Shown here one piece after another: positions 37,560 to 47,484 of a DNA stretch of 64,000 bases. This stretch comes from a bacterium (GTDB lineage: Bacteria > Patescibacteriota > Minisyncoccia > Phycocordibacterales > DATDWN01): NCBI GenBank assembly GCA_037134875.1, contig JBAXLH010000002.1:27719-91718 (forward strand). Direction: 5' to 3'. The first letter of the stretch is position 1; every line of letters starts with the position of its first letter. The notes under the pieces are model-generated. The model saw nothing but the letters and a program-made list of their open reading frames with translations. It did not search any database and had not been told where the DNA came from. The translations under genes were made by a program, and so were the position numbers.

Positions 37560-37940
37560 TTATGCAACCGGAGTTTCTTCTGCTGGAGCAGGTGCTGGCT
37601 CTACTGCAGGAGCGGGAGCTTTTGCCTCTATTTTTGCCTCTTCGGCTGGTTTTTCTGCAACAATAGCTTTTTTGAGAGGAAGAACGTTTATTTTCTTGCC
37701 TTCAATAATTTTCTTGGAAATTAAAAGGTTGTGGACTGTGCCAGAAGCCTGTGCTCCTTGAGACATCCAATAATTTATTCTGTCCGCCTTCAAAACAGCC
37801 TTGTCTCCACGTCTAGAATCATAGTTGCCCAAAATCTCAAGAGACTTTCCACTCTTTGTTGAGTTTTTTGAGTCAGTAACAACCAGTCTAAAAGACGGCT
37901 CGTGCTTTCTTCCTACTCTCTGTAATCGTATTTTTAACAT
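37560..37940 (-). CDS. rpsP: 30S ribosomal protein S16 with Ala/Pro/Glu-rich C-terminal extension
   Basis: Start at MLKIRLQRVGRKHEPSFRLVV (bS16 N-terminus). Confidence 0.85.
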   Translation of the reverse strand: MLKIRLQRVGRKHEPSFRLVVTDSKNSTKSGKSLEILGNYDSRRGDKAVLKADRINYWMSQGAQASGTVHNLLISKKIIEGKKINVLPLKKAIVAEKPAEEAKIEAKAPAPAVEPAPAPAEETPVA

Positions 37941-37987
37941 AGCCCGTATCATAACAAAATTAGTAAAAATGGTCAAATAATGATAAA

Positions 37988-40096
37988 ATGCCAGAAATGA
38001 AGAATACACAAAAGCCCACCAAGGGCAAAAACGCAGACAAAAAGAAGCAAGAAGTCCTTACGGGACATATCAGTATAAACAGCAAAGGTGTTGGCTTTTT
38101 CGATATAGAAAAAACAGACAAAACTCCCGAAAAAAGTCTTGAAATTCAGCCAGAAAATCTCTCTCGAGCATTTCATGATGATATTGTGGAAGTCATCGCC
38201 CTCGGTAACAAAATCAAAGACAGAGAACAAGCCAAAGTCGTGCGTGTCGTATCTCGTGCAAAATCCGAATTCGTCGGAGTTGTCCAAAAAAACGGAAGTG
38301 TCTCTTTTCTCATTCCCGATGACAAACGAATGTATGTTGATATTTTCCTCGATCCTGCGGGAGTCAAAAACATTCCAGACGGAGTAAAAGTTTTGGTAAA
38401 AATAAAAGACTGGAAAGAGAACGAAAAAAATCCTATGGGTGAAGTGGTTAAAGTTGTCGGCAAAGTTGGTGACAATAACACCGAGATGGAATCTATTGTT
38501 TTGGAAAAAGGATTTCGGGTTGAATTTCCTGAAGCAGTTTTGGACGAAGCAGAAAAACTGAAAAAATTCACCGACGTACATTTCAATAACGAAATAAAAA
38601 ACCGCCGAGATATGCGGGACACACTGACAATGACTATCGACCCAGCAGATGCAAAAGATTTTGACGATGCGATTTCTTTCAAGGATTTTGGAGACGGCAC
38701 ATATGAAATAGGAGTACACATTGCAGATGTGTCACATTTTGTAACCCCTGGCACAGCACTCGATCGTGAAGCAGAAAAACGCGGACTTTCGGTGTACCTC
38801 GTTGACCGCACAATACCAATGCTCCCTGAAATACTTTCAAATGACCTCTGCAGTTTAAATCCACACGAAGATAAATACACATTTTCAACAGTTTTCAAAA
38901 TGACAAGTGACGGGAAAATATTGGACAAGTGGTTTGGTAAGACAGTCATTCATAGTGACAAGCGATTTTCATACGAAGAAGCAAATGATGTAATACACGG
39001 AACGACTAAAAACGCAGGCGAAAGCACTTCTGTTTTGGAGGCTTCGCAGGCGGGTAGCCGAGACTTGAGAAATTTGCCAGCAGGCAAATATTCGTACTCT
39101 AAATCAGAAACACTTTCGCCTGCGTTTTTCACAGCACTTACAAAACTAAATCAACTGGCAAAAATACTAGAAAAAGAAAAATTTCAAAATGGTGCAATCA
39201 ATTTTGAAAGTGATGAAGTGAAATTTGAACTCGACAAAGATGGCAAGCCGATCCGTGTGTACAGAAAAACTAGACTCGACACACATAAACTTGTCGAAGA
39301 ATATATGCTCCTCGCAAACCGCGAAGTGGCAAAATTTATTTTTCATTCACAAAATGAACACGCTGGGCCCGGATCAATCAAACAATCGGTATATCGAATT
39401 CACGGCAAGCCAGACAGAGAACGTATCGAAGACCTTGCAACATTTCTCAAGGCACTCGGTTTTGACTTGCGAAACAAAGACGGCGAGGTAACGTCTCGTG
39501 ACATAAACAAACTACTCAAAGAAGTAGAAGGTACTCCAAACGAAGAACTCATCAAAACAGCCACAATCCGCTCGATGCAAAAAGCAGTGTACTCCACAAA
39601 AAATATTGGGCACTTTGGATTGGCTTTCAGATTTTATACACATTTTACATCCCCTATTCGCCGATATCCAGACTTGCTCGTCCACAGATTTTTGGAACGC
39701 GAACTCAAAGGTGGCAAAATTGAGCAGAACGAATATGAAAAGTTTGAGCGAATCTGTATGAATGCATCAGACACCGAAAAGAAAGCAGCAGATGCCGAGC
39801 GAGCAAGTATCAAATACAAACAAGTGGAATATATGCAAAACCATATTGGAGAAATTTTCGATGGAACTATTACCGGTGTGACCGACTGGGGTATTTATGT
39901 CGAGGACAAAGAAACAAAATGTGAAGGTATGGTAAAACTTCGCGACCTAAGTGATGACTACTACGAGCTAGATGAAAAAAATTATACTCTAAAAGGTCAG
40001 CGAACGGGCAAAAAATATACACTCGGTGATACAGTAAAATACAAAGTTGTTTCCGCAGATATGGAAAAGCGTGTACTCGACTATACGTTTGCTTAA
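37988..40096 (+). CDS. rnr: Ribonuclease R (RNB-family 3'-5' exoribonuclease)
   Basis: 702 aa. RNB motifs TIDPADAKDFDDAIS. C-terminal S1 domain. Confidence 0.85.
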   Translation: MPEMKNTQKPTKGKNADKKKQEVLTGHISINSKGVGFFDIEKTDKTPEKSLEIQPENLSRAFHDDIVEVIALGNKIKDREQAKVVRVVSRAKSEFVGVVQKNGSVSFLIPDDKRMYVDIFLDPAGVKNIPDGVKVLVKIKDWKENEKNPMGEVVKVVGKVGDNNTEMESIVLEKGFRVEFPEAVLDEAEKLKKFTDVHFNNEIKNRRDMRDTLTMTIDPADAKDFDDAISFKDFGDGTYEIGVHIADVSHFVTPGTALDREAEKRGLSVYLVDRTIPMLPEILSNDLCSLNPHEDKYTFSTVFKMTSDGKILDKWFGKTVIHSDKRFSYEEANDVIHGTTKNAGESTSVLEASQAGSRDLRNLPAGKYSYSKSETLSPAFFTALTKLNQLAKILEKEKFQNGAINFESDEVKFELDKDGKPIRVYRKTRLDTHKLVEEYMLLANREVAKFIFHSQNEHAGPGSIKQSVYRIHGKPDRERIEDLATFLKALGFDLRNKDGEVTSRDINKLLKEVEGTPNEELIKTATIRSMQKAVYSTKNIGHFGLAFRFYTHFTSPIRRYPDLLVHRFLERELKGGKIEQNEYEKFERICMNASDTEKKAADAERASIKYKQVEYMQNHIGEIFDGTITGVTDWGIYVEDKETKCEGMVKLRDLSDDYYELDEKNYTLKGQRTGKKYTLGDTVKYKVVSADMEKRVLDYTFA

Positions 40097-40099
40097 AAT

Positions 40100-42355
40100 C
40101 TATTTTGCGACGGAGATTGCCTCATCAAAAGCAACCGAAAGGAGTTTGGAGCTACCGAGAGAACTCATTGTGACACCGTACAAAATGCCGGCACGGGACA
40201 TTGTCTCGCGGTTGTGAGTAATAACAATAAGCTGAGAATATTTTGAAAGATTTTCGATCATATCTGCATACTTTTTTGAGTTTGCTTCATCGAGCGCTGC
40301 GTCGGTTTCGTCCAAAATAATAAATGGTGGAGGATTGACTTGTGTGATTGCAAAAATAAGAGCAATCGAGGTCAGTGCCCTCTCGCCACCGGAGAGCATC
40401 ATCAGTCCTTTAACTTTTTTCTTTGGCAGATTAACTTCGATCTCAATCCCCTGCTCACCTTCTGCTTCTTCTTTGATTTCATCACCATTTTCACCGTCGA
40501 AAAGCTCCTCGAGATCTGTGTCTTTTTTCTTGCGTTTCTGTTCCACAATCACAGAGAGTTTCGCCTCACCACCTCCGAACATAAGAGAAAAATATTCTTT
40601 GAATTGCGTATTGATTTTCTCCACACCATTTTTAAATTCCGTGGAAAGCTTTTCATCCAGCTCTTTTATGAGCTCACCGAGAGATGTTGCAGAGTTTTGC
40701 AGATCAACAAGTTCTTTTTCTAGAAATGCATCACGCTCACTCGCATCAGTGTATTCTTTCATTACATCCGCGCCACCAATCCCACCAGCGTCCTCGAGGC
40801 GGATTTTTATTTTTTCTATCGTACGACGACGTTCCTCCTGAGCACTCCTCGGCTCATTGTAGTCAAAAGTGGCAGTTTCAAATTGCAAAATCGCTGTACC
40901 GAGCATCATTCCGAGTTCTGTGAGCTCACGTTTGAAATCCTCTCGCACAAGTCGCAGAGTTTCCTCCTCCGCAGAAACAGTGTGGAGTTTTGAGCGAGCC
41001 TCTTGCTCCTCCGCCATAATCCGAAATACTGCTTTCTCTGCATCACGGTTGGTATCTTTCTCTCGATCAATAGTATGTTTGAGTGTTGCATACTTTTCAG
41101 ACAAATCTGTCTCCCGTGATTTTATATGTGCCAAATCCTGTTCTATTTTTTCTTTTGACTGCTTGAGATTTTCTATATCTTTTTGTGTATCCGAAAGGAG
41201 TGACATATCCACCTTGTCTTTGTTATCCTCTATGAAATTTTTGAATAGAGAATCTATCTCATCAATAACCTGTATGAGTGATCCAATGTCTTGCAAGCTC
41301 CGCGCATGCTGAATTTTTTCCTCCACATTTTTATATACAGATTCCACCGAGACAAGCGTGACTGTTTTATGCAGAAAAGACGTAGCAATTTCTTCCTGTT
41401 TTTTGACCAGACGAATGAGTGATGAGAGCTCACCGTCAATCCTACCAAATTGTCTGAGTAGTTCGTCTTTTTCCTCACCCACTACTCGCAAGTTTTTCTC
41501 GAGAGACAAAAGTTCTTCACTTCGCGCATCACTGTGTGAGACATTTGCCAGAACTCCACGCGCCTCAGCAAGCTCCTCTTGTAATTTTTTTAGCGTCTCT
41601 TCGAGTGGTTGTCTTTCTTCTGCTAGTCGCTTGCTTTCTTTTTGAATATAGTGATTTTCTCTATTGCAATACTCGAGCGCTCGAATACGGAGCTCGTCTT
41701 TCATTTCAATTGTCTTCTGGACTTTTTCAACTTGTTTCTTTAGGAATTTTATATGAGGCAAAATTTCCCGCCTGAGCGACTCGACTTGAGCAATATTCTC
41801 GCGAGTTTTCACAAGTTTTCTCTCGCTCTCCTGTTTTTTATATTGATACATTTTGAGACCGAGTGCATCCTCGATCATTTCTTTTCTCTCTTTTGGATTG
41901 GAGTTGAGAATTCTGTCCGCTTCACCTTGGGAAATAATATGGTGTCCTGACGAACCGATATTTGCATTTGCCAAAAGCTCGACAACATCTCGCAGGCGTA
42001 CCTGTGAACCGTTGATGAGATATTCGTTGACCGAGTCGCGGTGTACAACACGTTCTATTGTGACCGTGTCAAAATCAATCGGCAAAAATTTTGTTGTGTT
42101 GTCAAAAACCACTTTGACACTTGCCCTGTTTGCTCTCGGCTCGCCACCGGCACCATTGAAAATGAGATCTTCGCCTTTTTTACCACGCAGAGATTTGATG
42201 GACTGCTCGCCGAGCACAAAACGAAATGACTCCGCCACGTTTGATTTGCCCGAGCCGTTTGGTCCGACGATAGCCGATATGGCGGATGAAAATGTCAGTT
42301 CACTTTTCTTGGCGAAACTTTTGAATCCAGTAAGTTCGATTGATTTGAGATACAT
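40100..42355 (-). CDS. smc: Chromosome segregation protein SMC, shortened (~750 aa)
   Basis: Start at MYLKSIELTGFKSF. Walker A GPNGSGKSN. Long coiled coil. C-terminal LSGGERALTSIALIFAI and ILDETDAALD. rnc-smc synteny. Confidence 0.8.
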   Translation of the reverse strand: MYLKSIELTGFKSFAKKSELTFSSAISAIVGPNGSGKSNVAESFRFVLGEQSIKSLRGKKGEDLIFNGAGGEPRANRASVKVVFDNTTKFLPIDFDTVTIERVVHRDSVNEYLINGSQVRLRDVVELLANANIGSSGHHIISQGEADRILNSNPKERKEMIEDALGLKMYQYKKQESERKLVKTRENIAQVESLRREILPHIKFLKKQVEKVQKTIEMKDELRIRALEYCNRENHYIQKESKRLAEERQPLEETLKKLQEELAEARGVLANVSHSDARSEELLSLEKNLRVVGEEKDELLRQFGRIDGELSSLIRLVKKQEEIATSFLHKTVTLVSVESVYKNVEEKIQHARSLQDIGSLIQVIDEIDSLFKNFIEDNKDKVDMSLLSDTQKDIENLKQSKEKIEQDLAHIKSRETDLSEKYATLKHTIDREKDTNRDAEKAVFRIMAEEQEARSKLHTVSAEEETLRLVREDFKRELTELGMMLGTAILQFETATFDYNEPRSAQEERRRTIEKIKIRLEDAGGIGGADVMKEYTDASERDAFLEKELVDLQNSATSLGELIKELDEKLSTEFKNGVEKINTQFKEYFSLMFGGGEAKLSVIVEQKRKKKDTDLEELFDGENGDEIKEEAEGEQGIEIEVNLPKKKVKGLMMLSGGERALTSIALIFAITQVNPPPFIILDETDAALDEANSKKYADMIENLSKYSQLIVITHNRETMSRAGILYGVTMSSLGSSKLLSVAFDEAISVAK

Positions 42356-42394
42356 TATGTTTATTATAATGAAAAACTTGCCTAAAATCAAAAA

Positions 42395-42679
42395 ATGAGT
42401 AGTATAAAAAACGGAAAAATGGCACAAGCAGCAAGAATCTATTATGAAAGAATTCAATTTCATCTATTCGTTCCAGAAGGAACTGAATGGGATTTCATGA
42501 GAGAATTTGCAAATGCTTTTAGGCACACAATAACGGGAGCCAAAAGAAGTGTGGATAACTACAGCCAAGCAACTGATGGTTGGCACATCACACTTACTGT
42601 TAAATCTGATGAGAAAGAAAAATTTTATGATTTTTGTAAGAATTTCTTTCTTGCTCGGAAAATAGGGATCCAAAAATAA
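42395..42679 (+). CDS. Hypothetical small protein
   Basis: 94 aa. Followed by a hairpin plus U7 terminator at ~42700-42740. Confidence 0.4.
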   Translation: MSSIKNGKMAQAARIYYERIQFHLFVPEGTEWDFMREFANAFRHTITGAKRSVDNYSQATDGWHITLTVKSDEKEKFYDFCKNFFLARKIGIQK

Positions 42680-42745
42680 TTCTACTACCAATGAAAGACC
42701 TGTTCACACAGGCCTTATTTTTTTATAAAAAGAAAAAGATGGGCA

Positions 42746-43102
42746 TTACTCCATCTCTATTCCAGATAACTCCGCATTTAGGGAAATAGCTTCCCAAATA
42801 TCATGCTCCAAGTTGCGAAGGTTTACCTCGCACCGATCCCCACCTTTGTTCCAGATTTCTTGGTGGAGTCTCTGGGCTTTATTCAAATTTGCTACAAATT
42901 TTGCATGTCGCATTTGGAAGGCTTTTCTTTCTTCCGCGACTTTGTAGTCTTCATAAAAAAAATATCCTCCCAGCAGTTCCGGACCAATCGGAAGCTCTTG
43001 CGAAGGGTCAAAAGTGTCGCCGGCTTCTTCTTGCCAGCTATCAAAATCTAAACCCTCTTCATCGTGAGGCATTTTCTTTTTCTTCCAAAAATAGAGTACC
43101 AC
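42746..43102 (-). CDS. Hypothetical acidic protein
   Basis: 118 aa (probably starting at MPHDEEG). Sits between rnc and smc. Confidence 0.4.
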   Translation of the reverse strand: MVLYFWKKKKMPHDEEGLDFDSWQEEAGDTFDPSQELPIGPELLGGYFFYEDYKVAEERKAFQMRHAKFVANLNKAQRLHQEIWNKGGDRCEVNLRNLEHDIWEAISLNAELSGIEME

Positions 43103-43156
43103 AAAAAAGGAAAGAGTGAAATCTGGCTGATGGGATAAGTAAAAACACTAGAGCCA

Positions 43157-43849
43157 CTAGTTCCAGCCCCGAGTTTCAAGAGCCTTGCGAGCTGCAGACT
43201 GCTCCGCATCCTGCTTGGAGTCACCAACACCTTCTGCCACTAAATCTCGTCCAACATATACACCGACAGTAAATTTCTTGTCGTGATCTGGACCAGTTTC
43301 TTTGAGTGTTTTGTACGATGGAGTAACACCATCAAACTCTTGTGCTTTTTCTTGGAATAAACTTTTTGCGTCAATCCACAATTTTGCAGAAATTATTGGT
43401 TCAATGAGTGGAGTGAAATTTTTCTCAATAAAATCCTTTGCTGTGTCATACCCGAGGTCGAGATAAATAGCACCAATGAGCGCCTCAAGTGTATTCGCCA
43501 AAATATACTGTCTCGCACGACCAGTGTCTTTACTCTCGCCTTTTGACAGCAAGAGATAATCATTTACAGAAAGTCGTGTAGCTATTTCAGAACACGTTGT
43601 AGCATTCACCAGAGCAGATCGATACGCAGTCAAATCCCCTTCGGCTTTATCAGGATAGTTGGCATACAGAAAATCGGTGATAACAAGCTCGAGCACAGCA
43701 TCACCCAAAAATTCCAAACGCTCATTATGTTCCAAACCAGACTGTCTATTTTCGTTGATGTAGGAACGATGAACAAAAGCCTGTTTCAAAACATCTTTGT
43801 TGTTAAAATCTAATCCTATTCTCTCTTCAAATTCTTTAAAATCGGGCAT
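43157..43849 (-). CDS. rnc: Ribonuclease III
   Basis: RNase III signature ERLEFLGDAVLELVITDFLY. C-terminal dsRBD. Start chosen at MPDFKEFEERIGL. Confidence 0.9.
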   Translation of the reverse strand: MPDFKEFEERIGLDFNNKDVLKQAFVHRSYINENRQSGLEHNERLEFLGDAVLELVITDFLYANYPDKAEGDLTAYRSALVNATTCSEIATRLSVNDYLLLSKGESKDTGRARQYILANTLEALIGAIYLDLGYDTAKDFIEKNFTPLIEPIISAKLWIDAKSLFQEKAQEFDGVTPSYKTLKETGPDHDKKFTVGVYVGRDLVAEGVGDSKQDAEQSAARKALETRGWN

Positions 43850-44007
43850 AAGTTTGGAGTGACAGATTTTCAAAATTTCGCTCCAGTATATTATTTTTTG
43901 AGGCTTCGGACCGCGACGGCGGGAGATTGAGGCAAACCCTAGCAAGGGTTATGCCGTACTCAAAAAATGATATGCTGGTAAAGAAATTTTGGAAATCAAC
44001 CACAAAA

Positions 44008-44901
44008 TTACTTCTTTAATAATATATTTATCGCCTTGGTTACTAAAGGTAAAATATCATTATAAAAATTTAAGTCAAGTATGTCCCCCATTTTAAACCA
44101 CCGTGCATCATCGAGCCCACCAGTCTCTTTGAGCTTGAGTTCTACATATGGTGCCTCTGCGAGATAGTAGGTAACATTCTTTTTTATCTTGCCTTTTTCA
44201 GGATGATACGAAACATACTCATTTGTGCCGAGAGATTCCTTGACTGTGACATCGAGTGAAATTTCATCTTTGATAACCTGTGCGATTTCCTTTTCTGGCT
44301 CCTTGCCGGTGATATGACCCTTTGACAACGTCCATCTACCGAACACATCGTGGACAAGCGCGAGATACACATCATCACCTTCACGAGCATACACAACCGC
44401 GCCAGCCAAATATTCTACGGGCACATGCGCTGGAATCGCGTCTTTGTGTTTTTTGTCTTTTGTTGTTTCTTCTTTTCCCGGCTCGCCGAGCTCTTTGTAG
44501 ACAGCACCAAGCACGCCATTTACAAATTTGCTGGATGTCTCACCCCCGAATGTTTTTGAGAGTTCAATCGCCTCGTTGATTGCAACCTTTGGAGGAACTT
44601 GTCCTCTGTCAGAAAAAAGAAGTTCGTACAAACCAATACGGAGGATATTTCTATCCATTACATTTATTTTATCTATTGGCCAATCTGGAGCGGCTTTTTC
44701 AATAATGAGATCGAGATCTTTTTGTTTATCAATAATACCTTTGATGAGTCCTTCCATAAAAGAAAAATCATTCATACCGGAACCAAACTCTTTTATGTTG
44801 CGGTTAAAAATACTCATCGCATCGGATGAATTTTTTTTACCAAAATCCCATTCGAAAAGGGATTGTAAAACTATTGATCTGGAAAGGTGCCTGTTTGCCA
44901 T
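44008..44901 (-). CDS. nusB: NusB antitermination factor fused to a C-terminal Nudix hydrolase domain
   Basis: 297 aa. Residues 1-150 are NusB (RSIVLQSLFEWDF; DRNILRIGLYELLF; PPKVAINEAIELSKTFGG...FVNGVLGAV). Residues ~165-297 are Nudix-like (AGAVVYAREGDDVYLALV...RWTLSKGHITGKEPEKEIAQVIKDEISL). Confidence 0.75.
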   Translation of the reverse strand: MANRHLSRSIVLQSLFEWDFGKKNSSDAMSIFNRNIKEFGSGMNDFSFMEGLIKGIIDKQKDLDLIIEKAAPDWPIDKINVMDRNILRIGLYELLFSDRGQVPPKVAINEAIELSKTFGGETSSKFVNGVLGAVYKELGEPGKEETTKDKKHKDAIPAHVPVEYLAGAVVYAREGDDVYLALVHDVFGRWTLSKGHITGKEPEKEIAQVIKDEISLDVTVKESLGTNEYVSYHPEKGKIKKNVTYYLAEAPYVELKLKETGGLDDARWFKMGDILDLNFYNDILPLVTKAINILLKK

Positions 44902-44968
44902 TGTTATATGTACAGTATATCAAACGCAGAGAAACAAAGTAAAGTGAGTAGCAACAAAAAAGAGCAGA

Positions 44969-45193
44969 TTATCTGCCCTCTTTGTTTGCTCCTGCTTTTT
45001 TTGCACGTTTAGCTATTTTCGCCTGTACATCAATAACAGTCCGGCCTCTGTATTGGCCTGTCTGAAGAGATGCTCTGTGACGCAAATGTTTTACATTTGT
45101 GTTCTTGTCCATAGTGACAGCAGGATTATCCAATCTGTGATGAGATCGTGTGTTTCCTCGCTGGCTTCTGTTGTGTCGCATTCGTACTACCAT
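44969..45193 (-). CDS. rpmF: 50S ribosomal protein L32
   Basis: 74 aa. RSHHRLDNPAVTMDKNTNVKHLRHRASLQTGQYRGRTVI matches the bL32 consensus (R.H..L..P.L..D..TG..HLRH.....G.YRGR.V). Confidence 0.8.
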   Translation of the reverse strand: MVVRMRHNRSQRGNTRSHHRLDNPAVTMDKNTNVKHLRHRASLQTGQYRGRTVIDVQAKIAKRAKKAGANKEGR

Positions 45194-45286
45194 AATAGAA
45201 AACAGTGTACATTATTGGTCAAAAAAAATCAACCCTGAGCACAAAATATTTGCCAAAAGAAAAAAATAAGGTAATAATCACTACAT

Positions 45287-47467
45287 ATGACAAAACTTTT
45301 GATTGTTGAGTCCCCCGCAAAAGCCAAGACGATTTCAAAATATTTAGAAGGAGAATATAAGGTAGTAGCATCCGTCGGACACATCCGCGACCTACCAAAA
45401 TCGAACAAAAAAGCAATCGACATTCCTGCCGGTTTTGTTCCGCATTATGAAATCTCAAAAGGCAAAGAAAAAGTTGTTGCCGAAATAAAAGATCTCGCAA
45501 AAAAATCGAGTGAAGTACTTCTCGCAACCGACCCCGACCGCGAAGGAGAAGCTATTGCGTGGCATATTGCCGAGGCTACTGGACTCAAGAAACCACGTCG
45601 AGTTACTTTCCACGAAATCACAAAGGAAGCGGTCTCCGAGGCGATTAAACATCCTCGAGATATTGATATGAATTTGAAAGAGGCGCAGGAGGCGCGCAGA
45701 GTGCTGGACCGACTCGTCGGATATGACTTGTCTGGACTCATTTGGAAAAAAGTTCGCTATGGACTCTCCGCTGGACGCGTCCAGTCACCCGCACTCCGTA
45801 TCATAATGGAACGTGAAAGAGAAATTCGTGCATTCAAGTCACATCCCTACTGGATTATCACGTCCGACTTGGAAAACAAAAAGAAAGAAAAAATAAGCGC
45901 GATCTGCGAAAAGGAAATTACTGACAAAAAAGAAATGGAAGATATTGTCAGTAGTGGAAAAAAAGGAAACTGGTTTGTAAAAGATGTTAAAGAGACAAAC
46001 GTAAAGCGAGCACCTCGTCCACCATTTATTACATCTACACTTCAACAAGCAGCAAGCACTCGGTTTGGTTTTTCTCCATCACGAACAATGGGCATTGCGC
46101 AAAAACTCTACGAAGCTGGTCTCATTACATATATGCGAACCGACTCTCTCAACATAAGTACTGTTGCTCTCGCTCAAGCCGGAAAGGTTATCACCGCAAA
46201 ATACGGTGCCGATATGCTCCAGATTCGGACATACAAAACAAAATCAAAAAATGCACAGGAGGCACACGAAGCAATCCGTCCATCACATCTTGATGTTCAA
46301 AAAGCTGGAAACAACGACGAACAGAAAAAGTTGTACAGCCTCATTTGGCAAAGAACGATCGCATCACAAATGAAAGATGCGGAAACTATTCGTACAAAAA
46401 TCACAGCTAACATAAAAAACGGAACAATCCCAGACTTTAGCGCAAATGGTACGCGAACTGTTTTCAAGGGGTGGCTCGTTGCCGACCCTGAGTCATTTGG
46501 TGATGATGTTGAATTACCAAAAATGAAAATCGGTGATGATTTGGATTTGCTCAATATCGACTCCGAAGAAAAACAGACAGAACCACCAAACCGATACTCG
46601 GAGGCAGGGCTCGTCAAAGAACTCGAAAAACGAGGCATCGGCAGACCAAGTACGTATGCATCGATTATGAAAACAATTGAAGATCGTGGATATGTTGAAA
46701 AAGTAAACAAAGCACTTGTCCCAACCGACACAGGTGATGTGGTTTCTACATTTTTGGAAAACAATTTTGCGGATTATATAAGTGATGATTTTACTGCACA
46801 AATGGAAGACAAGCTCGATCTTATAGCCGAAGGCAAAGAAGACTACGTAAAAATGCTCAGCACATTTTACAAACCATTTTTGAAAGATGTAAAAGCAAAA
46901 GACAAAATGGATAAGGTAACAAATCTCGGCGATGCTGACCCGGCATTCAAATGTCCAGTTTGTGGAAGCAATATGATTATCAAGCTTTCAAAAAATGGAA
47001 AGTTTTTGTCCTGCTCACGATATCCAGACTGTGACGGCGCCCTGACGATGGACGGAAAAGAAATTAAAAAGGAAGAACCGATCGGCGTACATCCAGACAC
47101 CGGTGAACCAATATATATAATGAATGGACGCTTTGGTCCGTATGTCCAACTTGGAAATGGAAACGGATTGAAAGGTAAAAAGAAAATAAAACCCCGAATG
47201 TCGAGTATTCCAAAAGAAAAAGATCCAGAAACAGTGACTCTCGGTGACGCGCTCACCTACCTGTCATTACCGCGAGAGCTCGGTGTACATCCGGTGACTG
47301 GCAAAATGATTTCAGCAAATGTTGGACGGTTTGGTCCGTACATTGTCCACGATGGAGATTTCAGATCACTCAAAGAAGATGACGTGTACACAGTGGAACT
47401 TCCTCGAGCCTTGGAAATTTTGTCTCAAGAAAAAAAGAAACGTGGATTTTTTAAAAAGAGAAAATAA
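45287..47467 (+). CDS. topA: DNA topoisomerase I
   Basis: 726 aa. TOPRIM (LLIVESPAKAKTI...ATDPDREGEAIAWHI). Active-site region. C-terminal zinc ribbons (CPVCGSNMIIK...CSRYPDCDG). Confidence 0.9.
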   Translation: MTKLLIVESPAKAKTISKYLEGEYKVVASVGHIRDLPKSNKKAIDIPAGFVPHYEISKGKEKVVAEIKDLAKKSSEVLLATDPDREGEAIAWHIAEATGLKKPRRVTFHEITKEAVSEAIKHPRDIDMNLKEAQEARRVLDRLVGYDLSGLIWKKVRYGLSAGRVQSPALRIIMEREREIRAFKSHPYWIITSDLENKKKEKISAICEKEITDKKEMEDIVSSGKKGNWFVKDVKETNVKRAPRPPFITSTLQQAASTRFGFSPSRTMGIAQKLYEAGLITYMRTDSLNISTVALAQAGKVITAKYGADMLQIRTYKTKSKNAQEAHEAIRPSHLDVQKAGNNDEQKKLYSLIWQRTIASQMKDAETIRTKITANIKNGTIPDFSANGTRTVFKGWLVADPESFGDDVELPKMKIGDDLDLLNIDSEEKQTEPPNRYSEAGLVKELEKRGIGRPSTYASIMKTIEDRGYVEKVNKALVPTDTGDVVSTFLENNFADYISDDFTAQMEDKLDLIAEGKEDYVKMLSTFYKPFLKDVKAKDKMDKVTNLGDADPAFKCPVCGSNMIIKLSKNGKFLSCSRYPDCDGALTMDGKEIKKEEPIGVHPDTGEPIYIMNGRFGPYVQLGNGNGLKGKKKIKPRMSSIPKEKDPETVTLGDALTYLSLPRELGVHPVTGKMISANVGRFGPYIVHDGDFRSLKEDDVYTVELPRALEILSQEKKKRGFFKKRK

Positions 47468-47484
47468 AAAATTAAGCTTTTCAT

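Noticed and set aside
38173-38949. 258-aa minus-strand ORF within the RNase R gene
   Set aside because: It is antisense to a gene with clear RNB motifs. Its Ser-rich composition is typical of antisense artefacts.
40335-41312. Multiple plus-strand ORFs (168 aa, 147 aa and others) inside smc
   Set aside because: They are antisense to the SMC coiled-coil region. The repetitive Ser/Arg-rich translations are spurious.
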